DNA of 64,000 bases from contig JAVECO010000002.1 of the NCBI GenBank assembly GCA_051942205.1, forward strand, positions 186,001-250,000, given 5' to 3'. The notes beneath the pieces are model-generated. The model was not told the origin of the DNA and searched no databases. It saw only the letters and a list, made by a program, of their open reading frames with translations. This document shows positions 20,601-29,813 of the stretch, in pieces. The stretch's first letter is position 1. The number at the start of each line of letters is the position of its first letter. The stretch is from Coniocarpon cinnabarinum. Its lineage: Eukaryota. Both the position numbers and the translations under genes were made by a program.

Positions 20601-23287
20601 CCCAAGATGCGCATTGTCGTGTGTGAATGAAAGTGGTTGTAAGGGCCGGGCTTTAAGTGAGACCACAAAGCTGCCATCAAGTCGTCAATGACGGGGGCCA
20701 TAATTGGGTCCAAGTAGTCAGCAGTTAGATTGTCCACGCAAAGCTCCAAAGTTCGCAGCCCTTGACTAACAAGTTCAGACCCTGCACGCAACGCTAGCAC
20801 GAGCGGTTTCATCAAGTAGCTGAGATGAGGAAGCAGATTGCTGAGACGTGCGGGTACAGTCAAGGATAGCTCCACGTAGAGGTCTTGGTCTTCGGTAGTC
20901 CTAGCAGCAGCTATGAGCGTGTTCAAGACCTCCAAAAGCATTTCTAATAAGGGCAATATTTCATGGTAAAGGTGTTCGAAACGTCCTCCACCGATACTAC
21001 GAAAGAGTGAGCGCAACAAGTGAAAATAGTTCTCGGGTCTTTCTGCGGTGGTTGAGAGCTGTATGGACTTCGTGACCAGAGTATTGACATGTGGTAGGAG
21101 CACTTGCTCGTTGTGCTGTGAGAAGAGCGTGACAGCCATGAACGACAGCTTGAAAAGACGCAACAAGATGTTTGATCGGCCTTCATCGGCAGACCCCACT
21201 TCTTCAATCCGTCCCATTAAGAATTGAAGCAACATGCCAGCAAAGCTGGGAGAAGTTGCCTCACTCGCCAAAAGGAACTGGGGAATCTGAACTAGCGCTG
21301 GATGCTTGAACATCATTTCGTATATATGAGGTATTTGTGAGTGAAAGATTTCCTGGAAGGTTGCGAGGTCGACGTGGTGAAATATCGTCGCAAAGCTTTC
21401 TAGTAGCTCCTTTTCCTCTCTGCTCGGCACGCCTTGCTGGGAGGAGGACATGTCACTCGCGAGCTTACTAGGATCTTTGGAATTGCTGTCTGTCTCGTAA
21501 TACTGAAACATTTTGGTACCCTCATGAAGAAGTTTAATCAAGACTTGCACTTCCTCCGCACTAAACCCGCAAGCCAGCTCGCTCCAGTTGACAGGAGCTA
21601 CGCTTGGATCGATCATATTAGGAGGATTGCAAATTCGAAGTTGATAAAAAACGCCCTTCAAGCCGTTGACAAGGGTACGAAAGAGGAACTTGTTGTCGAA
21701 AATCGGTGTGGTGCCGCGCTCACGAGGGTTGTTTATCTTGACCGCATTCACTGCGAAGATGTCCATTTCATCCCATTCCGGCGGCCGGTCTTCTTGCATA
21801 AAGAAGTCCTTGTGAGTAAACTCCGGTGACTGTGGATTATGATCTTTGGACGCCTTTACAGCATTGGCATATTGTCGGTTCATGGCTGCAAATTTATCAC
21901 CAGCGGCGTCCAAAATGGCGACAAAGAAATAGCGAGCTTCCTGTTTGTCGTCTAAACGCGCTATGCACTCGGCCATGTTCATCATCAATTTAGCACTCAT
22001 GGTCTGAAAGCTGGTTCCTGATACTGTGCCCAAAAGGTTAGAACGGTAGACTTTGACAGTATTACGAATCTGTTCCACTTTGAGTTGCCCGCGAACATGA
22101 TGCAACAAGTCCGCGAGGGTGCTGTAGGCAATGGGCTTGAGTGCTTCATAAGATGTCAGACTGTCGCCGAGAAGCGTGCGCTCATCGAGAAGATCATCAA
22201 TGACAGGCAGAAATATGCTGCGAAAGTTGAAATTTATGAGGTGCCGCATGGCGACTAATAGCTCTCGTCGCACTGCACACCGTTCCTTTGGGCAATCACG
22301 CAGCATACGAACCACGATTCCAGGCAACTTGGGCAGGAAAAGAGACATTTTATTTGCGTATTGTCGAAGGATGTAAGCTAGGAAGCTCATGGTCTTTACC
22401 TGGGCGTTGACCATCTCAGCAAAAGCGCTACGATTCTTGACGTCCTTAGCCACACCGTAATGGATCGTCTTTTGCTGGACAGCCGAGGCGTGCGCCTGCT
22501 CCTGTTGAGGACATTGCGTCTCGAGAACCTTGATGACGCGGGGCATGAAGGCCTCGACGTTCCTCGGGACAGAGTCACGATGCGCTTGAAAAATTGAGAC
22601 CACAGTGATCGGGCATTCTGCGAGGACTTTAAACGACTGCGTGCTTTTGAGTAACGGATGGGCCTTTTGCTGTTCACTCCGAGCTTCGCCTAGCTGACTA
22701 CTGCTGTCGGTGACCGAGACTGCTGGCGAACCAGGCCGTGGAGATGAGCTCAGCTGGCTCGATGCAGTGGGGGCGGTATTTGCTGTGCTCGGGAGAGCAT
22801 TGGCGGGAAACGACTCTGCGACGATATTGTCGATGTTGTCAAGAATCTTCAGCACAATGTCCAAATATCCTTGCACATGGCCCTGAAGCCGCTTGGCATG
22901 ACTGCGCAGCGTGTCCATGCATATCTTGATACAGAGTATGGCATTGTCTTCATTTTCAATAGGGATCAAGGAGTAGAGTCGTTTGATGATGTCTTCAACG
23001 TAAGGGCCTAAGGGCTCTGCTAGGTTGCCCTGAAAACGCTGCAAAACCTGCAAAAGGTTGTTGCGGAGTTTCTGTTCCGGCGAAGTGCTGATGAAGCTGG
23101 GGTTTGCTGCCAGAAGCTCAAGGCAGGTTGGAACGAAGCGGGATAGGAAGCCCAGGTAGTGGTTGTTGTCTTGCGCCCACTCTTCCACATGCTCTTTGAT
23201 GTCGACCGCAATGGCAGCCTTGCGGCTTAGGTCAATGGATTGGTCTTGGAGGCCGGAGATAGCAGCGTCCATTTCTTTTTCGAACAT
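11690..23287 (-). CDS. TRA1: Transcription-associated protein 1 (TRRAP; SAGA/NuA4 PIKK pseudokinase), 3865 aa
   Basis: Hallmark motifs: FKVLAECPI, LFKLSFMAV, GLRTLELCVDNLT, HTTMRILGKLGGRNR, TLPNIEIQEAFLKLREQ, EVDVPGQYL, CRREER, RLTPNLQ, and a C-terminal FATC (LAMMDGGWMAWL). Confidence 0.97.
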   Translation of the reverse strand: MFEKEMDAAISGLQDQSIDLSRKAAIAVDIKEHVEEWAQDNNHYLGFLSRFVPTCLELLAANPSFISTSPEQKLRNNLLQVLQRFQGNLAEPLGPYVEDIIKRLYSLIPIENEDNAILCIKICMDTLRSHAKRLQGHVQGYLDIVLKILDNIDNIVAESFPANALPSTANTAPTASSQLSSSPRPGSPAVSVTDSSSQLGEARSEQQKAHPLLKSTQSFKVLAECPITVVSIFQAHRDSVPRNVEAFMPRVIKVLETQCPQQEQAHASAVQQKTIHYGVAKDVKNRSAFAEMVNAQVKTMSFLAYILRQYANKMSLFLPKLPGIVVRMLRDCPKERCAVRRELLVAMRHLINFNFRSIFLPVIDDLLDERTLLGDSLTSYEALKPIAYSTLADLLHHVRGQLKVEQIRNTVKVYRSNLLGTVSGTSFQTMSAKLMMNMAECIARLDDKQEARYFFVAILDAAGDKFAAMNRQYANAVKASKDHNPQSPEFTHKDFFMQEDRPPEWDEMDIFAVNAVKINNPRERGTTPIFDNKFLFRTLVNGLKGVFYQLRICNPPNMIDPSVAPVNWSELACGFSAEEVQVLIKLLHEGTKMFQYYETDSNSKDPSKLASDMSSSQQGVPSREEKELLESFATIFHHVDLATFQEIFHSQIPHIYEMMFKHPALVQIPQFLLASEATSPSFAGMLLQFLMGRIEEVGSADEGRSNILLRLFKLSFMAVTLFSQHNEQVLLPHVNTLVTKSIQLSTTAERPENYFHLLRSLFRSIGGGRFEHLYHEILPLLEMLLEVLNTLIAAARTTEDQDLYVELSLTVPARLSNLLPHLSYLMKPLVLALRAGSELVSQGLRTLELCVDNLTADYLDPIMAPVIDDLMAALWSHLKPGPYNHFHSHTTMRILGKLGGRNRKFLEGPPQLHYEDYSDLPPSVDLKLLGTSTVGRFPARLGLKTACAKLREPPSRAINNNTSLTLQKQQALKLIVTHIRLLLGSESFPADLMQQVRSYAQVLNSTNDAGVLKLSTHSSQQLSISKRDSQQQDFHEVLRSLMEAVCIPELAQEASSLLDDVLRHLIILEIAQAVRDLKHDPQSFDVNVSEGALAIDHRVIIPVIVDCLCSNAKEVREVARKSMLQLRDLAITITGNRECVTKLPLFSQLLSQCCHNCYMEEWWSKSGGALGVNTLATAFDMGSAWLATKQIDIARALMYAAKDLPDDLPQATRVEALETLDIIIRKCNSGITREDVLQQAGTIHNLCSFLVLELAHTSQHVRAATQQCFQVLADLSSMQVHELVEPVKATFLTTVFGKPLRALPYPQQIGYIDGVAYFLQLRNGVLQPSDSMTRFLKESSLLAEAAYESMPGRGAPDQRHLEQIIRLKVSCLRFLSLALDFPDFAGSPNDKTRPRVIAIFFRSLYDKHMKVVDAANEALKLVVDRSEKLPKDVLQGGLRPILYSLQDAARLRLENLLCLARLLQILKNYFKVEIGARLLDNVPQIANNETLQRASFHLAEQNEAIKMVKAIFEIFHLLPPAASTFMEGLINRALELEKTLRRTHFSPFREPLVKFLNRYAQDFWDHYHKRVATDRDFGRFVSQIVGDPSSRPLREIIVSKIDSLTAMLSSETSDNEKLVIASNIVQITYSLCTFQDSRKRLLERKEFRQFLMSSGKMMDSRQQSNTVPSAMRLTCEQTTERVTSIFMKYMRDEPNDLDTLFEILSAVALDELKETPEIQSCIYDKIIKERDAQHCKLLFERCLHTLESGTGSEKCKVYLIRYLVNPILAKDVMENWISLSKGTQIVNKHTLGLIQTKLWRPQTLIDTEDNKTPAFTDHFRMEILQMTALLLKYYHPLVSEFRKDLIKFCWHWTKLEDVLNKWAAYAVIAYFAAFYDTPAKIFMPIYVHLIGAHVAEARCLCTQALEIIEPVIPKIHRGDGKLPFWAEAARRAINDDPTNLQLFLSVFSFIGRHPGLFYEAKETFSHMIISSIARVGSLPTTSMDNKKTLLGFLSLLWTWEKRYVAEHLAQKPESPRPAKRKADGTEVNHDDSHHTFLGDSALRMRVIKFLVQFIAYLPDRYPMPSQRNKDISPAYAAHLTQAAEVCRRSLQLFSNFLSPPFWSDLDIGTMFPKQTETNLTAELKQDDKPDQTITRYVNTLQLVNTMVSIKPDEWVRERHALLQKLLEKPLRLRDQDVQDCLFHEDEEDVLGRRSLVQRILQTVPQKPTDDEEGETAEGPRSEFVSFLSTVATEALSGNNVLVGVNILGAFAACMPEEIDQHVPQLMKLLTQHVKEHLNYVQNAQMGMGPSTRAGDGQTSANTEAGAAEATNSLILKLIDVLSARVAQLNDHRRPFLTTLTTLIEKSPNTAICSRIVDLVAKYVLDIDQPFPTLKEKNAVVLKMMTFEHRSDPTLFEKFLDIVIRIYEDPKLTRSELAVRLEPAFLIGTRAQNIEMRNRFMRLFDRHLSRSANKRVLYLICAQNWEPLCETFWLSQAIQLLLGATDGEKHASLAPDDFTLVNVSQAFQSVDVETHNVMIDESYEALMIKHRDFITRAADIRVSQILEPLCYLQHADAHLAKELWVALFPIFWSSLVKEEQSDMKKEMISLLTRDWHARQIDKRPNCPQALVEGIARCESPRIAIPHHLVKFIARTYNAWFTGLTFMESNAIDPLIDTMAVRESNLDALAVLYADLQEDDLFYGLWRRRSQFLTTNTALSYEQIGNWEKAQRTFENATLKARTGESLFSQGEYMLWEDHWVICAQKLQQWEILSDFAKVDNLNDLYLDSIWRQFDRWNTPDQLKQLNAVVKSVADAPTPRRMFFQSFMSLLNLHNNAETQQGFNRICDEATQLSIRKWHQLPKHITNAHIPILQSFQQLVEMHDASVISQSLSQTTANNLEHKAPELKLLLGTWRDRLPNFWDDINTWQDLVTWRRHIFQLINDKYLSLVPQQQNNAGGNSFAFRGFHETAWTINKFAHVARKHQLPEVCITQLSTIYTLPNIEIQEAFLKLREQAKCHYHNPAELQIGLEVINNTNLNYFGNPQKAEFYTLKGMFLARQNQQNEANEAFSNALGFELKLPKAWVEWGRYNEQLFRENPTNINHATSALSCYLEAAGTYKNAKSRKLLSRVLWLLSLDDTEGNMAKTFNNYKGDTPVWYWITFIPQLLVSTSKPEARIVRSILLKLAKHYPQALYYHLRTSRDDFQQIRKQQEAKQQRNQTSRASQSSPATSNQNLPSSRPGTAEGLVSDASQSNGLANETAADKMDVDSQLPAPENQAQDANPQPQALETKPESQDQVQDGEQQEATPKQPWEYIDEITTVLKTGFPLLALSMETMVDQISRQLKASPDEEAYRLIVALFNDALNYISRSPKQLVSGAKLPSQTESNLIRFADSILPAHIRGPFEADFVNKVPDMPDYITKLRKWRDRFEEKLDRRPSSTYLEVAGPHLVEFKFQKFDEVDVPGQYLLHKDKNGDFVRIERFLPDIDLVRVSGICFRKLKIRGHDGSLHSFLIQHPTPRTCRREERMTQMFRFFNDVLNHRKETRRRKLLFTLPVMVPLTPAIRMIEDDRSSITLQSIYEDFCRKKRLIREDPALYAVSRLRELAAQNPTQDAVQSVRLQVFEHIQNTMVPDTLLLQHFQATHRSFDDFWLFRRQTAYQLACHTFMTYVLFVKDRTPARVNFGRSTGNIWGSEMTPSMAPSKPMFANSEAVQVRLTPNLQTLIGPVALEGIFTASVLVIAKALSEPYGNYSPEQSAAGQANGQANGQSNGETKVNGTNQGQQQDKPPQQPQQSRTPHDTKLGPLLSLFVRDEVSFWHTQGHKAGPSREALREYVEQNSQLIVKRAIALAKPAPGQLPANQTVVDLVSKSVMPRNLAMMDGGWMAWL

Positions 23288-24028
23288 TATCCAGGCGGGA
23301 GGCTCTGCAGGAAAGCCCCCCTACCACGATCGAGAAGCTATGCGCGAGCGCATCAGAGCTCTGAAGCGCTCAGTAATCTGCCTTTAGTTGCAAGCAACTT
23401 GGGAAAAGGCACTGCGAACCACACGGCGAAAAGTACTGTGGAAGGCGAGCTCAAATCAGAAGAGTATTAGAAAGTTAGAAAGCCCGTTGCGCGCTTAGTG
23501 AAAAGGGCAATGAACGAACTGCTAGAGATTCAAGTAACATGCGGAAGAGGGAAGAGGCAGGAAGGTGGATGAGCAGAGAGTGAGAGCGGACGAAAGAGCA
23601 TGCACCAATTCGGTCGATTGGATTCTGAGACGAGGGCACCTCAGCATACCTGAACCTGCCATTTGGCGGTGCCTTGAATCTTCCTAGCGTTTGAGCCGCA
23701 TGGCTGGATAGAGAATAGCGCGGCGAGATCCCGCTAGTGCGCCGATGTCATGTGATTCAAGCAGTCTGTGCTACGGATGCAGCGTCAGTAAGCGAGACTT
23801 TGGCACTCGGTAACGTGTTTAAAGACTCAGTGTTAGCTCGTTGCAGCAATTTGCAGCAAGATATGTCTCGTGCAAGACTCGCAACACTGAACCATCAGAT
23901 GAGAGGACATGTGCCACATGTTCAAAAGCTAGTTGGTATCTCTCTTGGAAATCCGACCCATTTCAACACACCACATGCCCGGTCTAGCAGATGTGAATCC
24001 GAGAAACGTCGTCATTTGTTGATTGTAT

Positions 24029-25391
24029 TTACCACGACCTGCCACGACCCCCAGCCAGCCTCGGTGGAGCATTGAACCCTGGTGGCCCTGACGGCGGTGG
24101 CGGCGGCCTCGGCATTGAGCCAGCCCACGGATTGGGAGGCGGAGGTGGCCCCGCAGAATGTCTCTCGCCTGTCTGTCTCGCTTCATTAATCCACACGTTG
24201 CTTCTCCTTTGACTGGAATCTCCATTCTTGGTCGGTGTCCTCGGCCGTGGCGCTGGGGGACGATGATGCTTCAGCCATTCGGGAGCATCCACGCTCATCA
24301 CCGGCGAACCCTGCTTCTTCATACCACGAGCATAAGAACAGTATCTGGGAGACCATCCATAGTATCCGCCGCTACTGCGCTTTTCCCCAGTATTCGAGTC
24401 AACGAATAGAGGTGATCCTAACTCGTCAAATTCAGCAACCTTAGAGAGATCGCAATCAGCTCCTGTATGATCTGCGTCGACAGCGGTAATAAGTTCTTCG
24501 ACTGCTCTTCTCGTCTCTTCGTCCGATGGTCCAGGTGATAAAGGAACAGGTACAATGTCTCTGCCATGGACCGCTGTTTTGTCTCCTGGGGTAAGTACAT
24601 TGAGAAATGCTCCGGCGGGCTGGTCGAACCAGGGTAAAGTCGCAAATCCATGCTGAGGCGGCATGACCCATGGTGCTTCAATAGCGGGTGAGCTGAATCC
24701 TACGTCTTTGGGAGTGGCATCCGAAGCTGCAGCTGCGTGAGCGTGACTCAGCTGGAGTTTCATCTGCTCAGAGTCCAGCTTTGAAGACCATGCTTCGAGA
24801 AGTGCAGTAAGTTTGGCATGATGATGAGCAAAAGCAGCGCGACTGAAAGACGATGCGAGCGTGACCAGCTGGAGTATACTTGCGTGCAGCTCTCTGTAAA
24901 GAAATGCTCGACGATTGTGAGAATGGTTGAAGAGGTCATTCATCAAATACAGAACGTGAAGGCGCCTCCTTTTCACCGAGCAGCGATTTTTAGTGGTGCT
25001 CTGCCCATTCAGAGCAGGTTTTGCCGTTTTCTCTGAGCTTTTAAATCGTCCCTCAACGGCTGCACTCTGGATTTTCGATCCAGCTTTCTCGCTGGAAGTC
25101 GCGAGAGCCACGAGGAACTTGCCCAGAGCCTGCAGTCGACTGCTTGAATTAACCACACGTGGTTGAAGCCACTGTCTGCATGCCTTTTGACCAATCGAAT
25201 TTAGCATGCGAGAAATTGCGGAAGAATCGAGAGTATCAAACCTGGACATTTGAAGGACTGCACTCTGCCAGTGTGTTGTCCAGAAGTTGGTAGAATACCA
25301 GACATTCTTCCCTTGACACGGAGACCGGATCAGGCTTTACAAGTGAAGCCTCAAAAACGGCTCGTGGCATTGTTAAAGAATTTGACGCCAT
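24029..25391 (-). CDS. CID (RNA Pol II CTD-interacting) domain protein with Pro-rich C-terminus (exons 25391-25242, 25183-24029)
   Basis: Intron 25241-25184 joins CSPSNVQ|ACRQW. KRRRLHVLYLMNDL is the CID signature, and the YYGWS motif is present. Confidence 0.75.
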
Positions 25392-25746
25392 TTTGTTGGC
25401 GCTGTGGAGAAGCAACAAGTATGTGGATGGTTTTCAACATGCAAAACGTCGCGGCAGGTATTTGGTTATCACGGGGAAAAGAGTTGTCGTCCTTAAAATT
25501 GGCATGTGTGCGAACAATTACCCTCAGGCTAGTAGCGAGGGTGAACAGACGGCAACACAGTGTCGCGCTGGAAGAGCTGTACTCTAATGTAGAGTCGACT
25601 GCCGTGATGTGGTGAAGTTGATGGTTTAGAGTAGGAGGGTGGCAGATTATGTTTGCTGGACGCAGTCATTTTGACACCCTGCCGACGTACTTGATCTCTT
25701 GAATTGCTTCGCGATCGCATCAGAATAAAACGCACCACCCAAAATC
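25392..25746. promoter_or_regulatory. Probable bidirectional promoter (355 bp) between the CID gene and PRP45
   Basis: Divergent ATGs at 25391 (-) and 25747 (+). Confidence 0.5.
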
Positions 25747-27563
25747 ATGACTACAATAGGACGCTCCTTGGCTACATTGCTCCCCAAGCCCAAGCATGGA
25801 GAGGATAGTGAAACGCCGCCAGTTCACACGAAATCAAGAGGACCTCAAGTTGTCACTGCTGAATCAGTTGACAGTTCACAGGTAGTGCTAAAGGTGAGCT
25901 CATTCTACCACAATGCTTGTGCAAGTAGATGTCAGCTAACAGTCAGTAGAGGTCTGGCGCACCACCATATGGCAGTCGCTCAGGATGGCGACCACGAGCT
26001 CCCGAAGACTTTGGAGATGGCGGGGCATTTCCCGAAGTTCCAGTGGCTCAGTATCCGCTCAACATGGGTCGCAAAACTGCAGGAAGCTCGAACGCGCTTG
26101 CTCTACAGTTAAATGAAGAGGGAAAGGTGAAATATGATGCTATTGCACGACGAGGTCACAGCGAAAGTCGTGTCATTCACAGCCAATTTAAAGATCTTAT
26201 TCCTTTACGCCAGCAAGCGAATTCTGGCGAGATTTCTCTGGCAAGGCCTTCGCAAGACGAAGCGGAGGAAACAAGACAGAGAACGCAGAATGCGCTGGAA
26301 AAGCTGGTTAATGGAGCGGTGGCAGCGCAGAAACCAAAGAATGTGAAGGGTACATCCAGAGCCGAGCCTACTTTTGTCAGCTATACTCCGAACGCGCAGA
26401 TGGGTGACAAAAATTCTGGAAACAAAACTCGAATTATCAAGATCGTGGAAAAGCAGCAAGATCCTATGGAACCACCTAAACACAAGCACAAGAAAATTCC
26501 GCGTGGCCCTCCGTCACCGCCTGCTCCAATCATGCATTCTCCACCCCGTAAACTCACTGCCGAAGATCAAGAGATGTGGAGGATACCGCCGCCAGTCTCG
26601 AATTGGAAGAATCCCAAGGGATACACCGTACCACTTGACAAACGCTTAGCTGCAGATGGACGGGGTTTGCAAGATGTCTCCATCAATGATAAATTCGCGC
26701 AGCTTTCGGAGTCGTTGCAGACAGCCGACAGACACGCTCGGGAAGAAGTCCAGCAGCGCGCATTGATGCAGCAGAAGCTTGCGGAGAAGAAAAAGCTACG
26801 GCAAGAAGAGAATCTTCGTGCACTGGCCCGGCGAGCTCGAGAAGACCGAGCCGCCGCTGGATCACGGCGAAGACCGTCGAGAAGCGATCGATCCCCAAGC
26901 TATAGCAGAAGTCCCAGTCGAAGCCCCAGACGGTCGCGCAGCGTGTCTTCATACGACTCAAGATCCGATTCCGAGGAAGATGCCAGACGCGAACGTGAGA
27001 AGATGCGGCGCGAACGGCGACAGGAGAACGAGCGCCAGATGCGTATGTCAAGAATGGGCCAGGAGCGACGGATGCAGCAGATGGCTCGGGAGCAAAATCG
27101 TGACATCTCGGAAAAGGTTGCATTGGGCCTTGCGAAACCTACGCAGTCTGGGGAGTCCATGTACGATTCACGGCTGTTCAACCAGACTTCGGGATTCGGT
27201 TCTGGCTTCAATGAGGATCAACCATATGACAAGCCGCTATTTGCGGATCGAGAAGCCGTCAATCACATCTACCGGCCGACGGTGAACGAAGACGAAGGAG
27301 AAGATGCCGGAGAGACCATGGACAAGATCAAGAAGTCTGATCGTTTTGACGTGCTTGGAAAAGCGGGCAAAGGATTCAAAGGTGCTGCTGAAGCCGAGGC
27401 GCGGGACGGTCCTGTGCAATTCGAGAAAGACGCGGCGGATCCATTTGGAGTGGACCAGATGATCAAGGAGTCGATGGCCGCTGCTAAGCCAAAACGGTAT
27501 GGCATGCAAGATGCTGAGGATTCACGGCCGTCGAAAAAGGCACGAGTTGATGAGCAGGAATAA
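25747..27563 (+). CDS. PRP45: Pre-mRNA-processing protein 45 (SNW/SKIP) (exons 25747-25893, 25950-27563)
   Basis: The intron joins VVLK|RSGAPPYG. Motifs: FGDGGAFPE, DPMEPPK, HSPPRKLT, SNWKNPKGYTVPLDKRLAADGRGL, RDISEKVALG. Confidence 0.96.
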
Positions 27564-27804
27564 CGTCGTGATGTGGGACAACGCACTCAACATGAGCTGG
27601 TTGTGACGACATGGCCAAAGCAGTGCCCGCGACCGACGCAACAGTCTGGGCTTCTCTTGAGCGCGCTTGATGGCTGTCTTAATATGAATGTGAACACACT
27701 CTTGATACTTGCATGGGCAAGTCAAGCACACTTCAAAGCTCATATCATTGTTGCTTGTCAAATTCCATTCTCACATATACACATCTTACATCCGTTGATC
27801 ATCT

Positions 27805-28413
27805 TCACTGCCAATCCTCATCCACTCGACTCGCATATCTCATTGCCATCCGCCTCATCATTGCATCCCTCGCGCCTTCTACACCTCCCTGGCCACCTCC
27901 CTCTTCTAGATCCACATCCATAATCTTAGCAATGTCTTCGCGCTTGAACATCCCCGCGCACTCCACTGCATTCGGCTGACCTGCCTCTTTATCCGCCCCA
28001 GCCTCCACAAGTACCCTCACAACTTCTGTGTAGTCCTTGAACACCGCTCCCGCAAGCGGGCTCTGCCCTTTGCCGTTGATACCATTCACATCTGCGCCCT
28101 GTCGAACTAATAATTGAACTGTGGAGGCATGACCATAATATGCGGCAAGCATGAGGAGGGTGTCGCCAGAGGAGTTCGTGAGGTTGGGCGGAATGCCTGC
28201 GCTGAGGTATTGGGCGAGGAGATCCGTGTTACCAGAGCGTGCGGCATCGAAGAGCTTGGCGGCGAGATCTAGGGCTTCGGGTGGGAGCTGTGATGTTGAC
28301 TGCGCATTTGAGGACGGTTTGGGTTGTCCGCTGGACTGGTCACTGGCGGGTTGTGGATTTTTGGTGTTCTCGGTGGAGGAAGGTGTAGCGTCGGGGTGTT
28401 GAGGGATGCCCAT
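27805..28413 (-). CDS. Small ankyrin-repeat protein
   Basis: FDAARSG, GDTLLMLAAYYGH, GADVN..NGKGQSPLAGAVFK: about 3 ankyrin repeats in an intronless ORF. Confidence 0.85.
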   Translation of the reverse strand: MGIPQHPDATPSSTENTKNPQPASDQSSGQPKPSSNAQSTSQLPPEALDLAAKLFDAARSGNTDLLAQYLSAGIPPNLTNSSGDTLLMLAAYYGHASTVQLLVRQGADVNGINGKGQSPLAGAVFKDYTEVVRVLVEAGADKEAGQPNAVECAGMFKREDIAKIMDVDLEEGGGQGGVEGARDAMMRRMAMRYASRVDEDWQ

Positions 28414-29813
28414 AATAGATCAGGCGAACCAATGTGTCCTGAATTGAATGTGACTCTTGGGATGCCCAGCGTCGGTCTCCATGTGCGTCGTCGTCGCCAG
28501 AATGTCCTCTGCTAATGACTATGATGTCATGGACCACAGATGTGCGGAGTCGATTCCGGTCAAATATTGAAGATTTACTAATTCGTTGTCGTCCTCTGCT
28601 CGCAGATGTTCCGTCGCGTCCAGCGAGAGGACGTCGTGTTCTCAGATCTTGAAGTCGCGTATGCAGCTCATCAGTAACAGGGTCTCTAAATCCATGGAGA
28701 ATCTCCAGAACCTTATCCTTGTCCGCGGTCTTAGACTCCATAACAGAGGCAAAAGACCTGTGTTGTGATTGCCGTGTGTGCGCGCTTGGCTCGTGACGAG
28801 ATCTAAACAGAGTGGGCTTTCAGTGCCTGGTCGAAATGGTAGGATGCAGTAGATGTTCCCTCAATATTCATATGTAGCGAGAGAAAGGCATCCGCACTGA
28901 AGGTCTACTTTGCTACCTCTTTGTAGCAAACGCTATCGCTGTTTGATCTACATTTGGGTTACTGTGGTGCATGTCGGAAATCAGCCTCGAAGACCCAAGG
29001 AACGTCCGCGGCTTTAAAACTTATTCCATGGAGAAAGTCATCAGCTTGAGAGGGCTTCCGCGCGGCTCGGCTCCTCCACGATCGTGTTGTCTAGCGCTTA
29101 CCAAGGATTCAACGCTATTGCGAGACCATCAAGCGCTTAGCCTTTGGCAAAAATGCGCCAGAAAGGGCGTGAAGAGCCAGGTGGGTACTGCTTGACTTAC
29201 ACTATACTTTCGCTTTATGTTTCAAGCGATTCTTCGGCTCGAACTCATCAATCACTGCAATAAAGATTAAGTACTAGATTTCGAGCAAGATCGCGTTTGA
29301 ATTGTTCCAGCCCCCAGTGCAGGATTCGCTTTTCCGTGCAGAGCTTGGTCTATCCTACTCTGCCTATTCGGCACCAAAATCTGACTGACCGCTAATGCAT
29401 ATCTCAAAGTACATGCAATCGATACCGGCTGATCTGGCGGCTATTGAATGGCTCGCCTCCACATTTGATTCTTTTCCATGGAGTTTGCTCTTAAGACAGG
29501 GTCGGTGTGACATGATACTTCTCATTTGTTCTTGCGAAACGCAATGCAACATTGCTCCTCTTGACTGCATTAGCTACGTGCTTAGCATTGCGGTCTCGAC
29601 GGGGCTTCTCTACTTCTGTGCTCGAGCATGTGGAGTGAAGGGTGCACTATCATCGTATTGACTGGCCAGCGAACAAATACCGGCGAAGTTTATCTGTTCG
29701 AGAAGGACATATAAGAGGTCTTGATGGCCCATTAGACTTCAAACTCAGGTGCGGTCATCTACTTTGCTAGCTTGCAACCAGGTAAACCCGTCAATCAGAC
29801 ATCCGTCGAAGCC

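Noticed and set aside
11719..23211. Many short alternate-frame and antisense ORFs inside TRA1
   Set aside because: These are shadow ORFs of a long coding sequence, with no recognisable motifs.
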